The notes beneath the pieces are model-generated. The model did not search any database. It had not been told where the DNA came from and worked only from the letters and a program-made list of their open reading frames with translations. From NCBI GenBank assembly GCA_040954595.2, contig CM082581.2, forward strand, positions 6,006,699 to 6,070,698: a stretch of 64,000 bases of DNA. Reading direction: 5' to 3'. Below are positions 1 through 12,146 of the stretch, piece by piece (the stretch's first letter is position 1; each line of letters starts with the position of its first letter). This stretch comes from Balanoglossus misakiensis (Eukaryota; Animalia; Hemichordata). The translations under genes were made by a program, and so were the position numbers.

Positions 1-2602
1 CCACATATACTCCTCAGGATGTTCGCCACCAAGGTCATATGGAGCATTTCTTCCATCGCAATACTGCGTAAAATGTTCGAAATCTCTATATTGTGTCCCC
101 TTTTGATTGAAAACCATGCAGTCAGATATGGAGGAATAGTAGCGAGCTCGATTTCCAGTGCTGTTTGTAGATGATCTTTAAGCTCCTGTAGACTTAATAT
201 CGGGATATCACCGAGCTGTGGGTCATCAAGCCATCGCAGAATCGATTGTTGCTTTTGTTTGGACAGGTCTCTGGTAAAAGGCATAAATGCTGGATCCGTA
301 TCCGGCAGGGACATTGTCAACTTCACCATTTCCTTCTTACGCAGAATATCTTCATAAGAAGCCATGTTGACGACTTTGTTCATACTAGGAAACATGTTTG
401 CATACATTTTGAATATTGGATAAATGTCCTGATACCAAGTCGGTCCACCATCTGAAAGATGAAAGTCGTCGTACATGAGGATAGCTATTGGCTGGTTAGA
501 AGTGAACGGTTCTTTCACATGGACTTGGATGTCAAAGAGATACAGCTGTCCATCAATTATTTTTCTTGGGTTTCCAGGGCTTTGTCCCGTGAAGTCTAAC
601 CAGGTAACGCCATTATTATCCGTTATCTGATACTGGGAATGCTGGACAGCGCTTGTAGACTCTCCGGTTTTTTTTTCGACTGGTCTAGACATTTTCATTT
701 CCAGTGAAACGTTGTGTAAAGGTCTTCCAAATGCGGTCAAGAATGTTTGCACTTGCCAGACATCTCCAGGATTTTGTCTGAATATTCTTTCGCCTAAAAC
801 ACCAACTGCAACCCCGTCAACTCTCTCTGCAAGTACGACGCGCAAACAGGCCTGTGTGTTTCTATCCAACTGTCGGATCATCAATGGTCGATGACGGATA
901 TCACTGAGCTGCTGTTGGGTGAGATCAGAATCTTCGGGAATGCTGATGACTCCTCCTGTGGTCTCATACCAGTTTGGACGTGTATAATTAATTTGATCTA
1001 GGACTTCGACATGTGTGTCACAACTTAAAGACTGGGTCGCCTGAGCAGAAGGAAATGCAACCTCCAAGATTTGATTGAGATGCAAATCTGGGGATCCTGA
1101 AAGGTTATGCATGAGGGTGTTTCCAAGGTCAATCAATATCTTACCACGGTCCGGAAAGACTCTAAAATTCGCCATTCCAAAGTCCTCGGTATCTAACTGC
1201 CCAAGCTGTCGATGGCGAAGTCCATGCAATGGCAGAGCAGAACCGGCAATACCTATGCTTCCAACAATTCTACCAGTGAGAAAATGTGTCGATGTAACAT
1301 CGGAATTATAAGAATCCAAGTTAAATTTTATGGACAGCACATTCTGATTGCCGCTGGCATAGCTGTGTTCCTTTAACTCTTCCAAAATGCGCGAATGCTC
1401 CAGTTTATTTTGCCAGTCCACGTCGACCAGCAAGGAAAAGAATTCGACGCCGAGGGCGCCATCACGTTCAGCATGAGGCATTTTATGAAATGCATTCTCC
1501 ATGGCTGTTTCAAGTAGATTGGCTGTGAACGCACCTGGTAAATGTAGAGTCATTCCAAAAATGGCTGAAACTTTCTTGTACTCGGGATCCAAGTCCGCCA
1601 TCTTTGCTTGAGAACGTTTAACATTACCTGAAGGAAGCAATATTAAAACATGTTATCTTCGACTCTGTTTGCTAAATGTATTTTACATGCCTGATCGTAA
1701 AATATCCATGTTGCGATTCACCTCCACGCTTTCTATTGTGATAGAACTTCTCCAGTTTAGTCAGGAACATTTGAAATGCAAATTTGTCGGAATGGTTACC
1801 ACACACTTACTCAAGATATGTGTTCCGATCAGGGAATCCTCGATCGAATGAGTGACGCATTCGCCTCGTCTGTAGCAGACGCTAGTCACTTTACACTTCA
1901 ACAGCTGGAAGGATCCCGAGCCGTCGGGGTTGTATCCTAAAATATCTGGTCTCTGCCGCAGCCGTTCATCGAAGGTCGTGATGTCGTAGTTCTCCACCTT
2001 GTTATTACCAGTTGGCGAGTCGGCCATGAATGTGCCAGCGAAGTGGAACCGCGGCCAATCGAGGTAAGAACCGCTGTTTTCTGCGAAGTTATAGATACAA
2101 CATACGTTTGTGATTATTCAAGTCCAAACTGTGCAGAGTAGTATAGAAACATGGACACGAACAAAATCTGGAAAATGTTAATAGTAATCATCATCATTAG
2201 CTCGCGTGTTTACATACACATGCGTTTATGTCGTGCCGATTTCACTTTGTGAATGTGTGTCGGTGTGTGTGTCTGCCTGCATACACGATATATCGCGAAC
2301 GGCAGAACAGATTCAACCCAAAATTGGTACACTGGTTCATGTTCATAATGACAAGAACTGATAAGATTTTTTTTCTGGTAGGGCTTGCATATTAATGAAA
2401 GTTATCAGGGTTTTAATGTTTCTATTACATGGCTGTCTATGTGAGACAACATTGCATACGATTAACTGTTTCCTTTGTTTAACTCACCTTCACTGAAAGT
2501 TGCAGCATTGCGAACCCATTCCGTCTTGTCGAATGCGCCAGAGAGCCCGAAAGCCAAACATATCAACGCCGTCAGTAGCAGCATGCCTCGGAATCGTTGC
2601 AT
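1..2602 (-). CDS. VioB/RebD/StaD-like ferritin-like-domain protein, copy A (3' end runs off the window)
   Basis: Exons 2602-2488 (MQRFRGMLLLTALICLAFGLSGA..., signal peptide), 2080-1811 (ENSGSYLDWPRFHFAGTFMADSPTGNN...), 1627-<1 (SNVKRSQAKMADLDP...). Both introns are GT-AG and phase 1. Colinear with copy B; the indels seen (+9 nt near 1350, net -33 nt near 650-700) keep the frame. ELATIPPYLTAWFSIK and EEMLH motifs lie at about 45-150. Confidence 0.85.
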
Positions 2603-3716
2603 TTTGGTTCTGCGGCACGAACCAATCTGCCGGTCGTCCACGAACCAACTTCAGTCTTATTTCGCAAATCGTTCTCCGTGGTGAATTCAACGCGGACGAG
2701 TGAGACTCACCTGTACAGTGTGGTCATGAGTGAACACACGTTTTCATATGACTTCCGAGATGTTATTTTATCGGTAGGAAGTGCAGGCTTTGTTAAAATG
2801 TTGACATACCCTGGTCATCAACACCACAGAAGTTATGGCTGTTGGAATTGAGGCGCAGAGGGTAACAATTGCAACGTTTACGCGTCCAGTAAGTTGGAGA
2901 CGAGTGGCAATCCCGGCGTACACGCCATTTTTAGAGTGGACTTCATCAGACGAACCTGAGTACTGGCTGACCTGTTCCATTTTCGTATTTACATACATAA
3001 TAATAGGCACCTCCGCTGGTGTCCACGGTTCGGACAAGTTACATGATTGGTTGGCAACATCTGGTCAAGTAGGAATATGTATGGCTCGAGATCGTGAAGC
3101 CAGCAGGACAGATGGCACAGCGAACGAATGTGTGCCCTGGGCAGGACATGCCACCCGTACGGATTCTGAAGAACCGTTTGCAATCTCTGTTGAACCCGTA
3201 CAAATTTACAACGACATGGTCGCTTTACGATCGAGAAACCATTAATGAGCTGGCTAATTTCTGAATTTATTTATAATTTTTCACATCATACACCGTAGAG
3301 TCGATCTAGACATAAGGATATCAGATAAAGATATCGGGACTACTGCATACTGGTGCGCAATTAGTGAGCAGTCAGGTGGCTCAAGATGAGTTGTGGACAG
3401 GATTGGAGAGATGTGAAGAGAGTACTCGACTTTTGATGGTAACATCAGTATCCTGTTTCTGAATTCAAAAATCACTCTGGAAGAAAAATGTGACACATAC
3501 ATGTAGCAGAGACCTCGCCCGTCAATTCTATCTCACCTTACCTGTTCCCAAACTCCCCAATCCATTTAGGCCACCTATGCGTTAACAAAATCGGTCTGGC
3601 CATCTAACACTGTACGTGCTAGTCCAAGAGACTATACAGCCTTATGCAATTTGAGAAACAAAGGACTTTAACATTTCCGCCTAATATAAAACCTTCATAT
3701 TGCAATCAAAATCAAG

Positions 3717-6700
3717 CTAGAGTTCAGATTTCTTTCTCCCGATGCGTTGTGACATCTCCCCAGGGTCAACATGGGGGATTGAAAGGAATTCAAACGTCGG
3801 TGTGCCATTTGGGCCTATGTTTGGGTCCCCACCCGGGCGGATCGGAGTCTTCACCAACTGCCGACCAAGCAGTTCGATTTTGGCCATCATCGACATGCAC
3901 GTTTTCATCTCCCTGGGATTTTCGTTAAACGCCCGGTGAATGCAGCGCAGGAGATTGGAGTATTCGGTATTGAAACGGTAAGATAAAAGTCTCACTTTGG
4001 ATTCTTTGGGATAGCTGTGTCTCTGTGGGTCATCGATTATGGGCCATATCCCATCAACGTGGAATGGTAATCTCTCTCCTGTGAAATGATAAGGTACTTT
4101 GCATCTCTCGTGTACGTACATCCGGTTGCAGGGTTTGTAATTAGCCCCACATACCCTACTAGTATATCGATCAGAATAATCGATAACACACGCGTCGATA
4201 GAGGTTCTTGCTTCATAGTACGTCTTCTGTGCTGAGTCCTTATCTAGTACGAGTCTATTGCCCATCACAACCTCAAGAAATTTGAAGTAGTGAGAGAGAT
4301 TACCGTCATAATCAAATGGCTGTGTGGGAGAACTCCCCTCTCCCTCCTCTGTTATTACTAGAATAGCCCTTCTTGCATCTTCTATACTCAGCACGGGAAA
4401 TGGTCGCTTCACTGCGTGACTATACCAATCGTCCTCTGTAATCTGTGTGCTTTTGCTCCCGCATCTGAACAGGTCGTTGTCTTTGTTTGCATGGAATAAG
4501 AGGGATCTCCATATTTTCTTATAGTAAAACTCCCCAATTGTGTTGTAGTGATGCTTCAAGTGAGGTTCAGAACTCGATTCGTGTTCTGTGCTGTAAAGAA
4601 TACTCTGACGCAGCTGAATAGGAAGTGTGTCGTCTGGTTCCTCTATTTTCATGAAGACATCCTCTATGAGACCTTTGCTGAGTCTGTGAAGTGACACAGT
4701 CAATCCTGGGTGAACTCCTCCCGGTAATTTTGACGGATACTTAGGTATCACCTTTACATCGTCCAGTACTGGATGACCACATATACTCCTCAGGATATTC
4801 GCCACCAAGGTCATATGGAGCATTTCTTCCATCGCAATACTGCGTAAAATGTTCGAAATCTGCACATTGTGTCCCCGTTTGATGGAAAACCACGCAGTCA
4901 GATATGGAGGAATAGTGGCGAGCTCGATTTCCAGTGCTGTTTGTAGATGATCTTTAAGCTCCTGTAGACTTAATATCGGGATATCACCGAGCTTTGGGTC
5001 ATCAAGCCATCGCAGAATCGCTTGTTGTTTTTGTTTTGACAGGTCTCTGGTGAAAGGCATAAAAGCTGGATCCGTATCCGGCAGGGACAGTGTCAACTTC
5101 ATCATTTCCTTCTTACGCAGAACATCTTCATAAGAAGCCATGTTTATGACTTTGTTCATACTAGGAAACATGTTTGCATACATTTTGAATATGGGATAAA
5201 TGTCCTGATACCAAGTCGGTCCACCATCTGAAACAAGAAAGTCGTCGTACATGAGGATAGCTATTGGCTGGTTAGAAGTGAACGGTTCTTTCACATGGAC
5301 TTGGATGTCAAAGAGATACAGCTGTCCATCGATTATTTTTCTTGGGTTTCCAGGGCTTTGTCCCGTGAAGTCAAACCAGGTAACGCCATTATTATCCGTT
5401 ATCTGATGTTGGGAATGCTGGACAGCGCTGATGTGGTGGTTAAATTGAATGTCATCGCCATCTGTAAATCGTGGAGACTCTCCGGGGTTATTTTCGACTG
5501 TTTTAATTTCCAGAGAAACGTTGCGTAAAGGTCTTCCAAATGCGGTCGAGAATGCGTGCACTCGCCAGATATCTCCAGGACCTTGTCTGAATATTCTTTC
5601 GCCTAAAACACCAACTGCAACTCCATCAACTCTTTCTGCAAGTACGACGCGCAAACAGGAATTGGTGTTTCTATCCAACTGTCGGATCATCAATGGTCGA
5701 TGACTAATATCACTGAGCTGCTGTTGGGTGAGATCAGATTCTTCGGGAATGCTAATGACTCCTCCTGTTTTCTCATACCAGTTTTGACTTGTATAATTAA
5801 TTTGATCTAAGACTTCGACTTGTGTCTCACAACTTAAAGACTGGGTCACCTGAGCAGAAGGAAATGCAACCTCTAAGATTTGATTAAGATCCAAGTCTGG
5901 AGATCCTGAAAGGTTATACATGAGGGCGTTTCCCAGGTCAATCAGTATCTTACCACGGTCCGGAAAGACTCTAAAATTAGCCATTCCGAAGTCCTCGGTA
6001 TCTAACTGCCCAAGCTGTCGGTGGCGAAGTCCATGCAATGGCAGGGCAGAGCCTGCAATACCTATGGTTCCAACAATTCTACCAGTTCGAAAACTGGTAG
6101 ATGTGACGTCAGAATTATAAGAGTCCAGGTTAAATTTTATGAACAGTACATTCTGATTGCCGCTGTATTCCTTTAACTCTTCCAAGATCTGCGGATGCTG
6201 TGGGTCATTATGCCAATCCACGTCAGTTAGCAATGAAAAGAATTCTACCCCAAGGGCGGAATCAAATTCAGCGTGAGGCATTTTACGAAATGCATTTGTC
6301 ATGGCTGCTTCAAGTAGATTGGCCGAGAAAGCGCCTGGTAAATGTACAGTCATTCCAAAAATAGTCGAGGCTAGCATATGCTCAGGATCCAAATCCACCA
6401 TCTTTGCTTGAGAACGTTTAACACTACCTATGAAGGAACAAGAATATGACAGTAAATCTTCGACTCTGTCATACGCCTCTGCAACTATTGTACCTGCTTT
6501 GCATATGGGCCTGAGGCCTTGTAATGCAAATAAGTGATGCACCCTACAAAAAGTTTATGATTTATATATACCTTACTCACAACCCAAGGCCAATTTCAAC
6601 CACTCTTCTGTGGATACCATGGTGATTAAATTTAGAAATTTGCAGTGAACTTACATTTAAAATAAAATATAATAAAATTGAGATTATCTTTTACATGCCT

Positions 6701-7762
6701 GGTCGTTTAATATCCTTCGTTTCGATTTACCTCCTTGTTCTCTCAATTTTGAAAATTGCTCCGATGCTTTGGCATAAGTTCAATTTAGTCTAAAACATTT
6801 GAACTGGGAATGCGTCTGGTCACCACTTACTCAGGATGTTTCTTCCAATCAGGGAATCCTCGATCGAATTTGTGATGCATTCGCCCCGTCTGTAGCAGAC
6901 GCGAGTCACTTTACACTCCAGCAGCTGGAAGGATCCCGAGCCTTCGGGGTTGTATCCTAAAATATCTGGTCTCTGCCGCAGGCGTTCATCGAAGGTCTCG
7001 ATGTCGTAGTTCTCCACAAGATTGTTGCCAGTTGGCGAGTCGGCCATGAATGTGCCAGCGAAGTGGAACCGCGGCCAATCGAGGTAAGAACCACTGTTTT
7101 CTGTGAAGTTATTGATAAAACGTACGTTTGTGAAAATTCTAGTCATAAACGGAAAAATCTTGTTAAACAATCAAAAATGGATCGAGACTAGTAGATGACC
7201 ATGTTTCAGTTAAAAAACACCACCCCCAACGTATTTTGCCCATACATATATATAATGTGAAAATAAAGTGGGCGAGGGGAAGCACCATTGCCATCAGCGA
7301 TTTCACTGAACTGTGGATTGTAATACCAGTGAAGTCCACGTTGCGTTCCCAACACTGCCACGTCGCATTAAAGCTCGCTGGACTGTGACGTGAAAAGCGA
7401 GCGTTTCCTATCGTTTTAAAATAAACTGTCTTTCGAGAAAGCCGTGTAAAATCTGCTAATTTGTGTGAACTTTCTCTTATTGGAAATTACAATTCTTATT
7501 ATTTACATACCCATGTTATGTATGTATGCAATAATAGCCACAAAAAGGTCGAATGGAAGCAACAAAAACAGCAGTATGGTCGGAACATTGAAATGAATGA
7601 TATGAGTTTTTATAAAGTTACCTGTGACGTTGCCATTTTAAACTCACCTTCACTGTCAGTTGCAGCATTGCGAACCCACTCCACCTTGTCGAATCCGCCA
7701 GAGAGCCCGAAAGCCAACAATATCACCACCGTCAGTTGCAAGAAACATCTGAAAAGTTGCAT
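3717..7762 (-). CDS. VioB/RebD/StaD-like ferritin-like-domain protein, copy B (complete, 1031 aa, signal peptide, C-terminal KSEL)
   Basis: Exons 7762-7648 (115 nt, MQLFRCFLQLTVVILLAFGLSGG...), 7100-6831 (270 nt), 6427-3717 (2711 nt); total 3096 nt, in frame. N-terminal SYLDWPRFHFAG..PTGNN..GYNPEGSG resembles the VioB-family start (ILDFPRIHF..PTAN..GYN). C-terminal LQTALEIELATIPPYLTAWFSI..EEMLH..IEEP..EEGEG..SHY matches the ferritin-like domain of VioB. Confidence 0.88.
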
Positions 7763-10700
7763 TTTGGTCCAGAGTCGCGAAACCTGCCACTCGTACCCGA
7801 ATCAACTTCTTGTCTTGAAACTTGTTCTTGGGCGTTGTGCGCGGTGAATTCCACGCTGGCAAATCAAGTTACCCTCTAGGCCTTACAGCAGGCATAAATG
7901 CGAATGCGACACACTTCACTGATCAACATAGACATTGCCAATGAGATGCGAGAGATGATCCGCAACACTTTCGTAATGTTGTCTGTGATTGGCCAGTGAA
8001 TGTATTTGGCAGAAATTCATCAAATGTGTACGTAATTTTCTCATTCTGTAAAACACTTGGAAGAGTTGCTGCTTCGATATTGCCTCAAAGGACCTTTGCA
8101 AAATAAAATTATCGTATCGACATACTAAAGAAAAAACCCTCTTCGTCAACGCATGGGCAGGTTGATGTCTCTTTAATTTACAATATACCCGACTGATAAA
8201 AAAACGCATGTACGAAATTCCACTCAGTTTTATTAATCTCTCCTAAATATCCAAGATTATATTCTAAGAGGAAATTGAGCTTAGTATTTTGGTGATTTTC
8301 ATAGAAACAAATGTTAGTATACCGATACATTCAAGACTTGGTCTCCATCCAGAACAGTTGAATCATGAGATATTTCACACATGATATCATTACTATACGG
8401 CTTCCCGTGGGTGACGATGCCTGTCTGAACACCCGCGACATTTCCTAAAGCGAATTTGTGTCCGATTTAGCCCAAGAAAAATTAGCTTGATCAAAATTAA
8501 ATGAGTTCGCAAATCATCACCTGCTTCGGATCCCACAAAGTCGCCCACTCCAAGAAACTATTTTGATATTTAATTTGTCCCATCCTGATTATATGCTGTT
8601 TTACCCCTCTCTGCTGGCTGTAGGGACATAAGTTCCCCATTTATTGATATATCTGTCACTGGCTTGAAGTGTGCAAGTGTAAATTACCCTGTAGACGTAA
8701 GATGTTTTCGAGGCAACGGCGAAATCCCGGATAAATATTCAATTAATATCTCCCCGAATAGCTGTCGGAGGGTGAATTTGACTTCCGCTGAAGCGTGGCC
8801 AAATGGCGTGGAATCGATGTATTGATTAAACACGGCATGGAGACCAACTCCGAGGGAAGCCTCCTCGCACGTACACGTCGTGATGGCAATGCCAGGATTT
8901 ATACATCTCACCCATCACCTAATAACGACGCAAACATTTCAGCAGTTGACTTAAAAGGAGAGATCTTCATGTACAGTCTGGTTGTTTGTAGATTTTATAG
9001 GATCACTTTCAATAACGGCATGTGCTTATGACTTCCCGGAGGAACTATAGGTTTGTGTTGGAAATTGATGAGTATAAAGCCAAATTTATCTGAGCCATAC
9101 ACGCAACAATTCGAATTGGGAGCACACTGTCCTTTACGCTATATTTCTACTTACAATAAAACACTTCAAATTTCTCGAATTTCATAAAGTGTTACATAAT
9201 TGATACTCTAAAGAGAAAAGCTAATGCAAGGCCTACATCAAAATATAAAATGTTATAACGGAATGGAGGCTGCAATACCAACATGTTGTTTTGTACAGAC
9301 CGGCAGACAGACAGACAGACGGACGGACGGACAGGCAGGCGGGGTACATAATAGCCAGCTCGAGAGAATCAAAAATACAGGAAAGGAAACATAATATGAT
9401 AAGTGTCTTCATACTCTTATTCCCACTATTCGCTTTTCACAGGATTGTGAAAGTGGGTTGACTGTGCAAACAAAACACTACAAGAGCCTATTAATAGAAC
9501 CATTACTCATTGATAATAGATCACATGACACAACGTGACGTCGGCCTCCGGACGTACACGTAATTGTGGAAACGTCGAAGCGACATGCTAAACCCAGGAG
9601 TGTTAACTTTGTGTATCGACACTTGTCAAGCTATACAGCCTCGTCTGTCCAGTCACCTGTCGTGTCTCCTGTCGCACCGACGAACAGACAAAAGCTGCTG
9701 CATTGTAGGAAGACTCTGGCCATCGTCGCCATGCCAACGTGACGAGAGCTCGTATATAACACGCACGCTTGGAAGGTAAAGGTGGGTACCTTTAAATTGT
9801 CGTTTCTGTGAGCATAAAACCATGCCAATTTCGGAATGGATGTACATGCATGCGTAAAATGACAGGAGTGATATACGCGCCTGGCAACGATCACGGAGGG
9901 GAAGATCTGATTGACTATGGTGACAAAATGACACGAATAAAATAAGGGAAGTTGGGACAAATTCAGAGGAAATATCTTCTCATTCGAAAGGGAAATTTTG
10001 CGATAGTTCTAATGCGCCACTTGCAATTGATTCCTATGTGAAGAATACGCTAATCCCTGTCTGAGTACTAACATTTCAGAGTTTACATACATGAACCATG
10101 TGAAAATGTTAAGAATGTCGGGAGTGACGTTGTTTTAGGCGGACGCGAAGCCTGTAGTTTGCAAAATAGAAAATCCCGTTCGATAGTGATCACGACCTTA
10201 TGCACCGCCAAACATTTCAGTATTTTGCTGAAATATCATGAAGGAAGCTATAGACATATTGAGGCAGAACAAATGCGGGGATGTTTTGATATATTAAGCT
10301 TGTGAAGTGAACTTCGCAGACTTTCATTTTTCAAAACTGTTCGGACCAGAAAGGATCGAGGTTTGCTAAGTTCTGGACTGAGATAAACCTTCCTGTCGAA
10401 AGGATATATAGAGAGAAATCTAATTGCAAATAACGCCGTCGATAAGAGTTTCTTGTGGATCGTTTTCTTTATAAGGAGCCCGGTTTTGGGGAGTAAAAGA
10501 AACAATAGCTGTTTGTGTCTGGTTTAAATTGCCAGCGGCAAGGTTATTCGCCATTGTTGCTCTAATTGTAGTAGTCTGTGAACGTACGCCATCGTTGGTT
10601 ATAGACGTCTTTGCTTCGTTTTTGTGTACCACGTATTACGCGGCGTCGTCAGCAAACAAAAGAATACGACCGATATTGCCGCTGCTGGCTTTCAAAAAGC

Positions 10701-10817
10701 ATGGCGAGACCTTCCTGTACACCAGAACAGAAAAAATGTGGATTATCCGCCTTTCATCATATTATAAATGACGTTTACGTTTCTTTCAGATCTCCATACT
10801 CGGCGATTGCCGATAAC

Positions 10818-11561
10818 ATGGAGGAAGTTTCGAACGCAGTCCCTCCCACGACAGTTCAAGTTTGTGATTCTTGTTGCTTGCCTGGCCGGAATTCGGGGCG
10901 TGACTGTCACCATGGCTCCCAGGCCACAGACGAGGGACGGTACAGAATACAACAACCAAAAGGGATCCCGCCTCTGGAAGTTCTGCTGCTGTGTACATCA
11001 GTTGGGGCAGTGAGCACGTGCATCGGACTTCTTATTCTGAACAAAGCAATCATGACATTCACCTTTTCGGGGTCCCTGTGCGTCTGCCTCCTCCTGGCCA
11101 GCGTTATTTATAACACGCACACAGCACGCATGCGCCAACCTGAGTCCGACGACCACGAGCTGAAATCCAGTGACTATCGTCGTCTCGATGATTTAATAGC
11201 GCATGTCAACAAACCTGACCGCGGGAATAATCATTGGTCGGTTCCTGTGAAACTCTCCTCAAAAAATTCCGACAATACAGAGAATTTCACACTTCTGGCG
11301 AAAAGACGTTGTGCTAAATCAAAAGACGAAGACGTTGATAGTATCGATGATGATGATGATGACGGGGATGATGACGATGATGATGAAGACAAGAGTGATA
11401 GCAAATGTGGGACAAAGGAACTCGACATATATGTGAAGAAAATAACCGTTTGTCGGAAGTCTCGCCAAAGACTTGATATTTTCTGGAAAAGATACCGTTT
11501 GAGACGGAGACGGACAACTCGATTACCAACGTATTTACTCCACTGCATCGGTTGCAAATAG
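10818..11561 (+). CDS. Uncharacterised protein, 247 aa, two predicted TM segments, acidic Asp tract, basic C-terminus
   Basis: Long open frame. ATG in good context (AACATGG) lies 28 nt after a strong acceptor (gtttctttcag, 10789). Hydrophobic stretches LEVLLLCTSVGAVSTCIGLLIL and IMTFTFSGSLCVCLLLASVIY. No family recognised. Confidence 0.55.
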   Translation: MEEVSNAVPPTTVQVCDSCCLPGRNSGRDCHHGSQATDEGRYRIQQPKGIPPLEVLLLCTSVGAVSTCIGLLILNKAIMTFTFSGSLCVCLLLASVIYNTHTARMRQPESDDHELKSSDYRRLDDLIAHVNKPDRGNNHWSVPVKLSSKNSDNTENFTLLAKRRCAKSKDEDVDSIDDDDDDGDDDDDDEDKSDSKCGTKELDIYVKKITVCRKSRQRLDIFWKRYRLRRRRTTRLPTYLLHCIGCK

Positions 11562-12146
11562 GGCGCGTGCTACAGAATTGCCCTCTATATCTCTAAGGTG
11601 CTGTACATTATTTACACACATTAAATATTGAGTAGTATTCCAGGGGGACGTCTGTTTATTATGTACTTTTGCAGCTTATTTTAACAACGCCATTCAAAAA
11701 GCGTTTCTTACTAACCGCCTTGCATTAATTTGGTAAAGTGAAGCGATTGGTACGCAACAAAGCTTTTTAAACGAGATGCACGATAATTCTTGCCTCTTTC
11801 ACGAAAGACGACATGTACGTCATCTTTCTCCAGTGCCATGCAAGAAAAATCGTCTCTTTATATAGACACATTTACTTCCAAAACCGTTCCCTCAGTATGT
11901 TTAAAAGTTTGAAAGCTATTCACACTATCAAGACTTACCAAATGGTATAAAACTACAGTATCATGCAACCAGTATGACATAAAACTGTTCTTTATTTTCC
12001 CAAAAGAACAATGTATGCACTTACAGAATGAATATTGGATCTGGTATATTTCAAGTTTCAAAACTTACAGTCAATGGCAATTTGACAACACTTAAGTTCT
12101 TACGCAGATGTGCTCTTCAATATAATAAAATATAATGACTTCAACA

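Noticed and set aside
1-1627. Copy A as a pseudogene (no ORF listed; T-run at 668-676)
   Set aside because: Manual translation across the indels stays in frame with no stop; the ORF is unlisted only because it runs off the window edge.
6428-6542. N-terminal 39 aa (MHHLFALQ...) of the 941-aa ORF-track protein
   Set aside because: Intronic read-through from a GTG. The paralog supports the acceptor at 6428, and this stretch is not conserved as coding in copy A.
1-7762. Bacterial contamination as the source of the VioB-like genes
   Set aside because: Both copies have conserved GT-AG introns and a signal-peptide exon, and are contiguous with LYAR and IGFBP-like genes.
7916-9960. Short ORFs upstream of copy B as a further gene
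   Set aside because: Could not be joined into a stop-free spliced model and no motif was recognised; at most a decayed relic.
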